A stretch of DNA of 62,998 bases, filler included, from Circinaria calcarea (GCA_051942165.1; 35 parts of 35 records of this genome joined end to end with filler, not necessarily neighbours in it); one strand, 5' to 3'; shown: positions 1 through 13,324, numbered from the whole stretch's first letter. The notes: generated by a model not told the origin, from the letters alone. Program-made: numbers and translations.

Positions 1-639
1 GAAAGGTTTTCCTCGTGAAGCGTTACACGAGAACTCTTTAGCAATAATTCATACGCTGATGCGAACCAATTGAGCTCATTATCACACAATTCACCGACCC
101 TTATCGTAAGATCATTATACTATTCGTAAAGGATCCTTACAGGGAAATAATTCTGTTTTTAAAAAACATTTTGGCTGGCTTACCTCATCAATTGTTGAAC
201 CTTCCGTAGAGATTCCAGCACCAAGTAACTTCTTTGTGAGATATAGAAGAGTGATAAAATCGCAGCCAAACCTCGGCTGTTCATTAAGTTCTGTCTGTTT
301 GTGTAGATCTACCAAGACTGCGCGGAGGATGAATTTGTCTGCTAATTGCGCTCTTATTGACCGGTAACAAATAACTGCAGAGAAAGGAGGAGCACTATAG
401 GGAGGGTACTACTGTCTTTGTAGGGTCTGCATGGTATAGCCGCAGCGAAAAGATAAATATATGCTACTAAAATACTACGGAATAATGCAAAACGTGCAGT
501 ATGTGTAGTGTGTAAAATGGAAGAATCGGAACCCAGAGGAAAGAAGTGGGAATCGCTGACATATAGGGCGAGAAGCGCGCCCAATTAGCGTGGTTTTCCG
601 GACTCCCTCCTTCTCACTGCAGCCAATCGTGCAATTCGC

Positions 640-1716
640 CTAATTCCGGCGCATTTCGAAAAGCCGGGTTTCACTCCTCTCCCCGTACGCTTTTTCTAGC
701 ATCCCTTTCAGCAGTTGAATCTGGGCGTCTTTTTCCGTCGTCAAAATCTTGAGCTCCATGTCCCTGCTTTCGAGTAGGCATTTGAGTCGTTTCACCTCAG
801 CTCCGAAGTCAGCGTTTATAGTACTTGCTGCTCCTATGACTTCGGTACCGTTTTCGTTCTGCCAGTCGACTCGACGTTTCTTCTGCGTCGACGAGCCGGG
901 TAAGTTTGCCGCAGGGGGTGATGTGATTGGGAAGATGTTGGGATATGCCTGGTTACCTAAGTCCTTATCCCCTTCTTTTCCATTCTCCGTTGTGGCTCTT
1001 AAAACAACATTTTGGCGGAATCTCGGCTTCTCCCATGCTTTCTCACCGGTTTGTTGTACCGACAGTGGAGGCGTAGTTTGAAGGGGCATTTCGCTACCAG
1101 ATCTTCCATCTATATCGACCCCATTCTCCGACTCAGCAGTTCGGTGTACCCTCTTAAGATGCTCTTCGAAATTATCCTTCCTCGAAAACCCCAATCCAGT
1201 ACTACGCTTGCAATCTTGGTGGGGACACAGAAAAGATGGTGCTTTAGGGTCATCCCTTTCACGGTGGACCTCGCGCTGATGACGTGTGAGACCACCTTGG
1301 TAGGTGAAACCGAGCAAGCCCTTGCAGTTAGGGGCTAGGCATATATACGGGCGGTTGTGCTTGTCCATATGTTTCGACCAATCACTCTTCCGAGGAAAGG
1401 TCGAGCTGGATGAAACGCAGTCAGGGTGAGCACAGTAAATCTGATCGGCTGCGTTTCGGGGAGGGTTGTTAGAGAAGACGTTTCCCTTCGAAGAGGGCTG
1501 TGTTTCAGTGTTCGCAGCTTGATTAGTAGCTGAAGGGGCAGGAATAGAGCCGCTATCAGAAGTTGCTTCCACGTGCAAAGCTGAACCATCAATGGAACGA
1601 GCAAAGCCAAGGTTAGGGTCGAAATCGTGTTTCTGGCTTGGATCGACTGTGGAGAGGAGAGTATCCAACCCCGCTGCACTGATTGATGCAGGACGGCCAC
1701 CTTGACCTTGGAAGTT
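640..1716 (-). CDS. C2H2 zinc-finger transcription factor, 5'-truncated
   Basis: Three C2H2 fingers: CAHPDC..HMDKH, CLAPNC..HQREVH and CPHQDC..HLKRVH, followed by a C-terminal coiled coil. The frame stays open to the contig edge. Confidence 0.85.
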   Translation of the reverse strand, partial: NFQGQGGRPASISAAGLDTLLSTVDPSQKHDFDPNLGFARSIDGSALHVEATSDSGSIPAPSATNQAANTETQPSSKGNVFSNNPPRNAADQIYCAHPDCVSSSSTFPRKSDWSKHMDKHNRPYICLAPNCKGLLGFTYQGGLTRHQREVHRERDDPKAPSFLCPHQDCKRSTGLGFSRKDNFEEHLKRVHRTAESENGVDIDGRSGSEMPLQTTPPLSVQQTGEKAWEKPRFRQNVVLRATTENGKEGDKDLGNQAYPNIFPITSPPAANLPGSSTQKKRRVDWQNENGTEVIGAASTINADFGAEVKRLKCLLESRDMELKILTTEKDAQIQLLKGMLEKAYGERSETRLFEMRRN

Positions 1717-1817
1717 GNNNNNNNNNNNNNNNNNNNNNNNNNNNNNNNNNNNNNNNNNNNNTTAATTAATTAANNNNNNNNNNNNNNNNNNNNNNNNNNN
1801 NNNNNNNNNNNNNNNNN

Positions 1818-2215
1818 GTGAAGGTAACCGAGAAATCGCCGATGCGAGGATCGGTGAAGAATTGGCGTCCGCCGACATAACAAGAGCTCCAATGGTCGTA
1901 CTCCTTCTTGCCGCCGTCCTTACACTCCACCGAGACGGTGCATTGGCCGCCGTCGACCGTCTTCATAAAGACTTCGCACATCTGGTCGTTTTTTTCCCAG
2001 TCCTACATACATGAGTCAGGTACAAACGCGACGAGGGTGGAGATAAGCAAGTAAATACGTACCCATGCATTGACTGTCTTGTCCTCAGTAAACACCCCGA
2101 TGATTTTTAGAAGGCCGTCAAGAATATTCGCTATACCCCGAGGAGCAAGGACAGCAGGCAATGCCAGTGTAGAAGTTGTAAGGAGAGAGGTGAGGACGAC
2201 AAGCTGCAACTTCAT
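1818..2215 (-). CDS. Secreted Cys-containing protein of unknown function, 3'-truncated, 1 intron
   Basis: Signal peptide MKLQLVVLTSLLTTSTLA. Intron 2003-2062 (GTACGT..CTGAC..TAG) joins ...TVNAW in frame to DWEKNDQMCEVFMKTVDGGQCTVSVECKDGG... Confidence 0.8.
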
Positions 2216-2748
2216 ATTGAATGCTGGTATATATATATGTATACAAGTGTGATAGTGAGATCAGGTGCTCTTTTTTTTTGGATATAAGCTGTATCTTGAG
2301 ATGCTTTGTATGTGGATAGCTTGGAGAATGTGGTTGAGTGCAGAGGAGTGATTTAATTTCTTAAGTAAAGGAAAAGTAGTATTGATTGATATATATACAC
2401 GCTGAGGGACTGCTCTCCTGACTCCAAGGCTACCAGTGCCGTCGTTCTCAGCTGGGATTGCGATAAACTCATCATTCCAACTTCTGCACAGCTGGACGGG
2501 TTGACTCAGGGCTGGCAGTAATCCCAACAATCCAGTTCAGCGCCTGGACTGGACTATGACTGGTGTAAGGGTGCTAGGATCCTTGGGGCACAATGAGGAA
2601 TATATTATGCCCCGACCTATTAATGCAATGGTTACATGAAACGCAATATTAATCTATTGTTATTCTAGGTCCAGTGGTGAACTCGATCATAAGCATGCTA
2701 TTCTAATAAAACGACGAATAGCCTGGTTATATATAGTATTGCTCACTG

Positions 2749-2875
2749 TACTCACTCCATTAAATACACTACCATAAGCACCTCGCCTGCTTTATTTTAC
2801 TCACCTCTATAAATATACTGAGCACGGCTGCCTACTTATCTTACTCTATTCCATAAATATATTAAGCAAAGGCTG
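2749..2875. repeat. Degenerate ~45-bp tandem repeat, about 3 copies
   Basis: Units of the form TACTC(A/T)..(C/T)AT(T)AAATA(C/T)A(C/T)T..AGCA..G(C)CT start near 2749, 2798 and 2842. Confidence 0.5.
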
Positions 2876-4882
2876 AAGGGAAATATTACGTGTTATGCTA
2901 TATGCACTCGCTAAAGCTTTTACCATAATGCTAGTCCTGATCTAGTTCCGTTCCGGTTCCACGCCGGCCCTATACACGCTTCCGTACACGACCTGATTTC
3001 CATATCTTGACAGTTTTCTTTTTTTTTAAAAAAAAAGAAAGAAAAAAAACCAGCTGAGAATAAATTATATATAAGAAAGACTGAACTAATGCGCTAGCAA
3101 ATAATAACCCCCTGCAGACCAGAACTGAGAGGGAGCAGTTTCCATGTCTATGATCGCTCTATACCCCAAAACTAGCCCTGCCTAGCCCCTATCCTGACAA
3201 ACAACGTTGCCTTGATTTTTTTTCCTCCCGTCGAAAACAAACCCCCTCCCTAGAATAAAGAGTATCTTTTATTTTTTTCAACGATTGCGTCTTTTGGTGT
3301 TTTATTTACTTGCGGATATAACTGCCTTTTCGCTGCAGGTTAATACCAATGATTGGCATTTGCAGTTGCGTATTGTGCGCAAGCTATAAATACTGGGAAA
3401 CCCTCCCTGCTCTCCCCAATCTATACACGCGAGTGCACGCCAAAAAAACCCACACCCCCTCATAGAAACCGTGGGGATTAGGATCATGAAGACCGCCCGG
3501 AAAACGCCCAATTCCAGCCTAGACCTAGGCTCANNNNNNNNNNNNNNNNNNNNNNNNNNNNNNNNNNNNNNNNNNNNTTAATTAATTAANNNNNNNNNNN
3601 NNNNNNNNNNNNNNNNNNNNNNNNNNNNNNNNNGTAAAATGTGATTCCTTTACCATAATGGATAGCCATCTCGGGCCGATTGATCCGGTGGCTTAGGGTT
3701 TCCCCCTCCCAACCGACACGCAGAGTAACCGCCTAAAGACGGTAAGGGTTGGAGAACATCCCGTGTTCTATCAACGTGGGGAATATTTTCGGTCTACCTA
3801 TGTCGCATGGACCTCTACCCCAGCGCGGCTTGACTTTGCCATGCGGTCTTTCACACGGGGCATGCGGCTGCCTAATTCTCGAAGACGCTACTCTTATATT
3901 TCTCAAGGAGGTCTCGAATTATAGTAGTATACTTTCACCATGGCAATCGACCAATTAGCAAGACATTTATTTCCTTGGCGTGAGGACGATGATGCATTTA
4001 CGGGCATTGTAAACCGTGTCCGAGTCCGGCCGAAAGCGCTCATTGCGGATATGTACTCCGTAAGTAAGCAGCATGTGTGTAGATTGGCAGCGTGGGAGCC
4101 AAAAGCCGAGGTATTCCAAGGGGGGGTGTTGACAATGCACCATAATCTAACAGTCGGGACTGAGGTTGACTGGTGAGCGCGTCGACCTTAAATGAGACTG
4201 TTCCTCCACTACGGATGAGATCTTGTTGGAATGTTAGCGGATCGTCAATTGAATCCCCCCCTGCTGTTTTAGACACTTTGGTTGCGGATGAGGAGCATGA
4301 CGCATAGACTGCTCTGTTAGGCAGACGGCCAAGGACTGGACAGAAGAGCCTACCCTATCGCTTTCCTCTCGACACACGAGGGCTCCACTAGGGAGGGTGG
4401 AGGTTGGAGGGTGGAGGGCGGAGGCCTGGATGCCTTTGATGGTTGCATCTAATGAAGAAGCTGCGAGGTCGACGTCACGCCCCAACTCCTTCCTGGAATA
4501 CGATATCGAGAATATCACGTCCACCATGGGCAATTCTCATAGCTTTGCCTATGTACGTGGAAGATCCGGAGAGATCGGACATATCCGGCCTATCGTTGCA
4601 TGCAGCAGGGTTGGGGTGGAGGGTGCTGGAGGCAGTAGAGGTGTGGAGCCTACTGCTATGCAAGCGCAACGAAGTTGAATAGCTAGTAAGATATACCATG
4701 TGTCTCATTTTAATGTGCTATCGTCACCATCCTGCAGATTGTGCTTATAGTCGGTGAGGTCCGCTACTTGAATAATATGCTTTCCCAGAGCCCCTTAGTA
4801 GCTCTACCTTACCCGCGGTCCTGGCCACTGAGCTTGTCTCAGCTTCCCTTTACTACCCGTTGCTTCTTGACGATTAGTCAGA

Positions 4883-5323
<441 letters not shown>

Positions 5324-6383
5324 TAACTGATATCCTACAGACCACTTANNNNNNNNNNNNNNNNNNNNNNNNNNNNNNNNNNNNNNNNNNNNTTAATTAA
5401 TTAANNNNNNNNNNNNNNNNNNNNNNNNNNNNNNNNNNNNNNNNNNNNGAACTATACCATATCCGCATTACTGCATTTGTATATCGAAGGGTACAGTAAG
5501 GCGTAAGGTAGCAGTGCAGCAAATTCGCTCCAAAGCACACTGTTAAGGGCTGCGCTAGCGCCATAGCAGAAGCGACACCTCCGGCGCTAAAAAGCTCGAG
5601 CCGCTTTACTAATAGTATGCAGGAGCAATTAGGTAGGCACGCCATATAGGAGATACGGGAAAGAATGCGGGCTGAGGGGACGCTAGACGGGAGAAAAGGC
5701 CGAGCGAGATACAAAATGCCTGGTAGAAATCGCACCTAAGCCCCCTTGATCGGCTAGTCTTCCCTCCGCATCTCTATTCGGGAACTGGGGCACGGAGTAA
5801 TCCGTCTGGCGCCGATGACCGGAGATTGAAAGCGAATGAGCATCGGATGGGATGGGCCCATTGCCATGCAGCACACCAGGAACGAATTTTCCGTAGGGCG
5901 GGTCTCACCTGCGCAGCTCAAAGGGGAGCGCGCGGCTGAAGGTCTCAGAGTTTACAGTCACGGTGGGGTGAGTGGATCGGGAAGAGGCGTATCTTATAGT
6001 AGAGGGACAAGAGCTTCGCAGCGAGGGAGCCGCCCATGGCTTCCTCTCCGCTCCTTCTGGGCCTTCATCGGTACAATCGCAGTAGGGACGTTGGTCCATA
6101 ACAGGCAGGTCAAGTGGGTAGAAGATGCCTCTCGCAAGGATTCGGCATCGATGCAGCTGGAGGTGGTGGTAAGAAGGTAACTACGGAAGGCTCCAGGAAC
6201 TTGGACAACATGGGATGTATACACCACTTGGATGTTCCGATACCGTTGGCTATTATTATTTATCTTTCATCGATACGTGTGTCTCTGCATTGCTCACTAA
6301 TCGTCGACCAAATACTTCTTTCCCCGAGTCCATATGTATCTCAACCCTGTTTTTGCATACTCGGATCGTGTGTTGTCGGCATC

Positions 6384-7161
6384 ATGGGGTTTCTTTGGCT
6401 GTTGGCATCGTCTGTCGTACTCTACATTGCTTTGTTCACTATATCTATCCAAGCAGCGTTGACTAGAAGCTGTGTAAATCCGATGAGGGAAGCATATATG
6501 CTTATTGCAATCGATACCTACCTCACTACCATGATTTTCACTGGCTGGGTGTTAAGTCCTGCAAGAGAACGACAGCTAACTCGTTCTCAATAGTGTACAG
6601 CTCTTACCAAAGCTCTCAAGGACAAGGTCTCGTATCCCAACAGCGTCGCATATAATGCTTCCTTGCAATTATATTAGTCGAAGCAGGAACAAGACGTCGA
6701 GCCCAGCTGTATTGTCTTGCCTGCAACCACCGAAGATCTATCCATAGCCGTCAAGGTCCTCGTTACCGTTTCACTGAGATACAAGTTTGCAATTCGCAGT
6801 GGGGGCCATACCGCACAAGCCGGCAGTGCAAACATCGAGAACGGCGTGACTATCGACTTGAGTGCCTTCAGAGATATTAGTCTCTCGGTAGACCATACCT
6901 TAGTGACCATTGGCTCTGGTCAGAGGTGGGCCAATATTTACGGATTATTGGAACCTCTAGGACTCGCAGTTACAGGAGGTAGGGCAGCCGAAGTTGGCGT
7001 TGGAGGTTTACTTTTAGGAGGTCAGTCTAACGATATTTTATATACATTATGGCCCCAGAATACTCCCCGTATTAGAACGTTTCTTTAGTAATTAAACAAC
7101 TTTGTTAATCAAGCAGAAAGGCGGCATTTCTTATTTTACCACCCGCGAAGGCTTCTCATGC
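6384..7161 (+). pseudogene. Secreted FAD-binding oxidoreductase (VAO/PCMH, BBE-like) with in-frame stop, 3'-truncated
   Basis: Signal peptide; introns 6474-6593 and 7021-7120; motifs FAIRSGGH and VGVGGLLLGGGISYF. In-frame TAG at 6675-6677 (NASLQLY*SKQEQ) where the family usually has YWS.QQ. Confidence 0.75.
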
Positions 7162-7434
7162 NNNNNNNNNNNNNNNNNNNNNNNNNNNNNNNNNNNNNNN
7201 NNNNNTTAATTAATTAANNNNNNNNNNNNNNNNNNNNNNNNNNNNNNNNNNNNNNNNNNNNTTTTTTTAAGTTGTAAAAAATATTGTTTGTTTGTTTAAA
7301 TTTTACTATCACCTAAAAGATTAGGCATGAAAAAGGAAATTTATAAATAAAGCTCAGATTATATTAATTAGACCAAATGTTAGGCAGGAAAATAAATTTA
7401 AGATTTTTTAAATAATTCTTTTTTTTATTTTATT

Positions 7435-8574
7435 TTATTTAATTTTATTTTTTAATTTTTTATAGGTACTAATTTTTGGCTGAGGCCCTTTTGAAATAAT
7501 TGGTTGATTTGCAGCAGCAAATAAATCAATTATTTCTGGATAACTCATACCTGAAGTCATTTCAAAACTACTCTCATTAGGTATATACATAGCAGATCTT
7601 AAAGTATCCGATGTAAAGCTTTGACTAGCATAATCCAATCACCGATAAGTAGGTACTCAGTCCCTAACTGTACGATCAGCCGGTATACCTACTAATAATG
7701 ATGGGGTAATGTCTGATCGGTCAGTCGAAAAATCTGTTTATACTAGATCCAGAGGACTATGAACAACGCTAGACTCATTAGATACTATAGTTCTAGCTCC
7801 TATACTTTTTAAAAGCTTTATTCTTTTTAAAGCATTTCTAATAACTTCCCATTCTTCCTCTGTGATATAAAAATAAGGCAGTTTAAACTTATTTTTTAAG
7901 AGCTCATATAAACCAGGATAATTTATTCTTAATAAGTTTAAATGAAATTCTGTGTTTCCAAAATAATTTTGTATTTAAAGTAACTCATGATCAAAACTAT
8001 AGATATTGTTAGTTCCATGATCTAAACTATTAAGTCTATCTCTCAAAAGTGGATAATTAAAACCATGTAAATCAAATATAGCTTGAAATATTAAATTCAC
8101 TAACTTCTTTCCAGATAGATTAGTTGAACTTTCCAAAAAACAAGATGGTTCAACGGGTATGCGTAATCTTATATAACTTAAATTAGTTAAATATATAGCA
8201 GAACCGCCTAATATACCGGTAATTAAAGGACTAGTAACTAAACTATAAATATGTTGTATATCGGATAACGAGATATTTGTATTACGATAACCATTACCAA
8301 ATAAATAAGTAGAATTATTTAAACCTGTTGAATTTTTTATATCTTTTAATAAGTTTTATTTATCCAAATTTATTCCATCTATAGAATAAGGTGATTTATA
8401 AATAATAGATTTTCCTAAGCTATCTAACCAACTCTTCAAAGAGTCACCTAAAAATTTACTTATATATAAATTTAAATTTGAAAAAGATTCAAAATAATTA
8501 CCCATTTCTCCAACTAATGTGTTTATTTCATTAAAAGTTGTTTCAGTTATCGCTACAGCCACATGTAAATTCAT
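7435..8574 (-). pseudogene. Long mitochondrial-type ORF of unknown function, interrupted by 3 TAA codons
   Basis: One frame runs from ATG 8574 (open from 8673) to TAA 7435. Internal TAA codons at 8356-8358, 7975-7977 and 7738-7740, plus two TGA (Trp in code 4). No frameshift in very AT-rich DNA. Confidence 0.6.
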
Positions 8575-8650
8575 ACCTATACCTAAAACAATTAAAATTA
8601 AACTTGTCTTAGATTTGAGGTAAAATTTATTTTTTCCGTTTATTTTTTTT

Positions 8651-8974
8651 TTAATTTGAGTTTCTAGCTGTAGCTAAATCTATTAAACTATTTTCTAACA
8701 AACTAACAACTGGAACAATAATTAAGAAATGAGAAAAATATAAAACTGTAGAAATTTGTCCAAATTCTATGAATGGCGATTCTACATGTTTAGCACCTAA
8801 TTGCATTAAGATTAAGAAATTTGCAACAAATATAAAAAATGCTATTTTACTTAAAGGTCTGAATTGTATACCTCTTAATTTAGATAAATCGGTAAAAGGC
8901 ATAGCTAATAAAGCCAAAATAGCAGAAAACATTGCAATAACACCTAATAATTTATTAGGTATAGATCTTAATAT
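8651..8974 (-). CDS. cob: Apocytochrome b, 3' end (mitochondrial DNA or NUMT)
   Basis: [20 protein letters not shown]...[41 protein letters not shown]...LLENSL, with TTA/ATA-rich codon usage on an AT-rich contig. Confidence 0.97.
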   Translation of the reverse strand: MLRSIPNKLLGVIAMFSAILALLAMPFTDLSKLRGIQFRPLSKIAFFIFVANFLILMQLGAKHVESPFIEFGQISTVLYFSHFLIIVPVVSLLENSLIDLATARNSN

Positions 8975-9170
8975 NNNNNNNNNNNNNNNNNNNNNNNNNN
9001 NNNNNNNNNNNNNNNNNNTTAATTAATTAANNNNNNNNNNNNNNNNNNNNNNNNNNNNNNNNNNNNNNNNNNNNCTTGAAGATGGGTAAGGAACGGGGTT
9101 GTATGGATGTGGGTAGAAAAGGCTGGGCGGAGGGATGAAGGGCGGAAGCAAAGAGGAGAGGGAAGGGAAG

Positions 9171-9200
9171 GAAAGGAAAGGAAAGGAAAGGAAAGGAAAG
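9171..9200 (+). repeat. (GAAAG)6 microsatellite
   Basis: Direct reading; probably a pyrimidine-rich 5' UTR tract on the minus strand. Confidence 0.85.
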
Positions 9201-9875
9201 GAAGAGAAAATTAGCGGGAGATTTGAACGGCAAGGACCGAGGAAGAGAGGAGAAGGAGCTTGGATTCAGATTGTGCGTCGGATTTATTTTGTTTTGTTCG
9301 CGGACCTAATCGGGGAAGGGGGAGGAGGGGGTGGAGGGTTGATGGTTCTGGAACTGGGATGGGGTTGGCAACTAGGTAAGGATGCGTCTGCGAAAGCCAA
9401 AGTAGAAACGGATAGCGAGAGGAACGTTTGGGTGCGGTGCAGTGCGGACGACTGCAGTTGAAGTGGAGTCTGACTTCGTGGGAATATCGAACTGGGTCTC
9501 TGGATTAGACGGAAACGTCGGATTAGCTGGCATGTGGAAAACTTTAACGTGGTTTTCCCTCTTGGAAGCAATTTGCGCGATCATATGATTGTTGCTGTGT
9601 GCTTCGGTTTAAGATTCAAGGTCTTTGGGCGTAAAGTCCGTGTGTACTCCGTACGCGGATTTAAGTCCTCTCATCGGATATAAGACGGACTTTGGCGAGA
9701 ATATGTTAAGACCGTGCCTTGTCTTGTAGCTCGGGAACTGCTGCCCTGATAACTCCGTTGTTCTGGGTATAGCTATGCAAAGGTACCAATCTCAACTGCA
9801 AGATAATTGTGGTATATATAGCGTCGCTCAGGCATTCATTTGTGCGTTCCTTCCTCGTCAGAGAATAAACTCAGC

Positions 9876-10786
9876 ATGTCGTTGAGCAGCTTCATCTACA
9901 GCCAGCTCGCCGTTACCCTTCCATACCCCGATGCCGACTTCTCCGGCAAAACCATCATCGTCACCGGCGCCAATGTTGGGCTCGGCAAGGAAGCCGCTAG
10001 GCATTTCGTTCGCCTAAAGTCCGCAAAAGTCATCCTCGCCGTCCGCTCCATCGCCAGAGGTGAGGCCGCCCGAGCAGAGATCGAGGCGCAAATACAGTGC
10101 CCCGGGGTGCTTGAGGTCTGGGAGATCGACTACTCCAGCTATGCCTCTGTGAAAGCGTTCGCCGCCAAAGTGGCGACCCTAGCCCGCGTGGATGCCGTGG
10201 TTCTCAATGCCGCCATCGCCACCGAGAAGTTCGAGCGGTTAGAGGACAACGAGAGTACCATTACCGTGAACGTCGTCAGCAGCACCTTGCTGACCTTACT
10301 ATTGCTGCCGATCCTACGCACATCGGCGGCGAGGTGGGACACGGTGCCGGTCATCGCCGTTGTCAACTCGGAAGTGCACGGCCACACCAAGTTCCCCGAG
10401 CGGAAGACGCCGGATTCGCTGGTGACGCTCAACGATGAGAAGAAGGCCGTCATGTCAGATCGGTAAGGGACTCCAATTTTCACCTCGGTTCTTTGTTTGC
10501 GCTATCTCACAGCGCCAACTCTCGTTTTCACGTAGCTACCCGGTCTCCAAACTCTTACAGCTGCTCGCTGCCCGCGAGATCGCCGAAAAGATCGCCAATA
10601 AGGAATCCCGTGTTGTCATTAACATGCTCAACCCTGGTCTTTGCAAGACTGAATTAAGTCGTAACGCAACGGGTAGTACCTCGTTGCGATTGAAGGTGAT
10701 GAAACTTCTATTGGCACGGACAGCCGAGGAGGGTAGCCGGACGCTTGTCCACGCCACCACAGCCGGGCCAGAATCCCATGGAATTT
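9876..10786 (+). CDS. Short-chain dehydrogenase/reductase (retinol dehydrogenase-like), 3'-truncated
   Basis: IIVTGANVGLG cofactor motif and VLNAA. Intron 10463-10535 joins to the catalytic YPVSK, then INMLNPGLCKT. Confidence 0.93.
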
Positions 10787-11580
10787 NNNNNNNNNNNNNN
10801 NNNNNNNNNNNNNNNNNNNNNNNNNNNNNNTTAATTAATTAANNNNNNNNNNNNNNNNNNNNNNNNNNNNNNNNNNNNNNNNNNNNGGGGGATAAAGGGG
10901 TGAATGACATTGTAAGGACATAAAGACCATGTAGACATATCAAGGGGAAAGAAAGAACAAGAAAGCGAGGTTTATACAAAGCCATTGTCTCCAGAATATG
11001 AATCGCACAAAGATGGATTCCCGAGAAGAGAAATGAATAATGAAAATCCGCTTTGTTAAATTTTAAAAAATGGCAGTCCTCCAAGTCGGTAAAAGCCTAT
11101 CGGTCGATCCCGTAAGAGCAGTAAAGACCGAAAAAAACCGAGATTGGCCAATATCACAATATCAAAATGAAACAGCGATGGGGTGGCTAAAGCCGCAGAT
11201 GAGGTTTCTTTGGGACCAATACCTGGTCCTACGCTCCGCCCCCTTGGCCAAAAAGTCAAAGGATCAGATCCGTCAAAACCAGCCTTCTAAGTTCGTGAGT
11301 AAGGAGAACAGTTGAGCCTTTCCCCCAGCGATTTATAGCCAAGGGTAGGTCGAAAGGGGCAAAGGGAGAAGATGGCAGAGATGGTTCAATCTTTCGTTCT
11401 GGAGTTGCTGGAAACCGGACGTGGGGGGGAGTGTGCAACAGGGTGATTGGAGTAGTGGCGGCGAGGGGATAGAGGACCGAGACGCCGAGGCAGTGGAGAT
11501 TCTGGAAGGAGAATGGAAGATCTGAGAAGGGAACGAGGAGGAGGCAGAGAAGGGCAATGTGGATAAAAGCGGAGATGAGA

Positions 11581-11607
11581 GAAGAAGAAGAAGAAGAAGA
11601 AGAAGAA
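11581..11607 (+). repeat. (GAA)9 microsatellite
   Basis: Direct reading. Confidence 0.85.
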
Positions 11608-11998
11608 GTGGTGCAATATGACTCAAATAGGCCCACGGTTGTTTTCATTCGAACCAAATAAATGATCAACGCTGCAGGAGGTCTTGCTTGATCAACTTTG
11701 GTTTTCTAATGGTTTTCTGCTTCCTAACAATCGCGAGGTAATACGTTAACCGTGTCATCGCCGCTTAAAGGCATATACACCTTTCATAGCCTGTGCCTAT
11801 TTAGTCCAAGAGTCATGAGCAGTTTTCATGCCATAGATTGAAGGATCTAATCTCCGGTCTGTACAACGTTGTATGGCAGTATCAATTTGACCACTCAATT
11901 GTAGAGGTGCAAGTCTTCCCTGGCTACTTTCGATGGTAGCATTATCAGCCCCTGCTCTCTGAGGAATAAGGCATCTTGTGCACAGGACCAGTGTTAGG

Positions 11999-12598
<600 letters not shown>

Positions 12599-12715
12599 NN
12601 NNNNNNNNNNNNNNNNNNNNNNNNNNNNNNNNNNNNNNNNNNTTAATTAATTAANNNNNNNNNNNNNNNNNNNNNNNNNNNNNNNNNNNNNNNNNNNNGG
12701 AGAAAGGAGACATAC

Positions 12716-13324
12716 CTTGGTTCCAGTCGAAGCCTTGAGCAGAGCGCACACAAGTTACCTATTGGACAAGAGTCAGCAAGCACGGGTTTGGACATGATTC
12801 GAGAGAGATTTCTGCCGGGAGATGGGAGAAATATACGGGGAGGGTCAAAGGAGTATAGGCACTCTGCTTCAATAGTCACAAAAGTACTGAAGGAAACCAT
12901 ACCAATCGTGGCTGCCCATCCGGCCCACCAATATTAACGACCGTATGTTCCTGTTCCCTCAATGATGAACCTAGCCCCCCGTTAGCCCTCCACGCCTTTC
13001 TCATCTGCAGCTCAGTATAGTCTCTCTCCATCCATCTCATTACCAGCCTCAAATATAAGATTCCATCGGAACAAGACAACAGCCCAAAGGGCGTGACTCA
13101 CTTAACAAGCTAACCCTCCTTTCCTGCACAGGTCTTGAACCTCGCTCCTCGGCCCCCTGATAGGAGGAAGGAGAAGAAGAAGATGTAAATCTAGAAGGCG
13201 GAGTCCTTGATTGTGTAGACGAACTGGAAGAGAGAGAGGAGGTGGGGGAGCTGTGGGATGGGATGTGGGGGTTGGCTTGGTGTTCGCGGGGCTTGCGTTT
13301 GGGGATGGTGAGTGGAGTTGTCAT
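12716..13324 (-). CDS. Conserved-looking small fungal hypothetical protein, multi-exon, 3'-truncated
   Basis: MTTPLTIPKRK...ERRVSLL|SSSLREQEHTVVNIGGPDGQPRL|VTCVRSAQGFDWNQ, joined in frame via GTGAGT and GTATGG donors and TAG acceptors. Confidence 0.65.
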
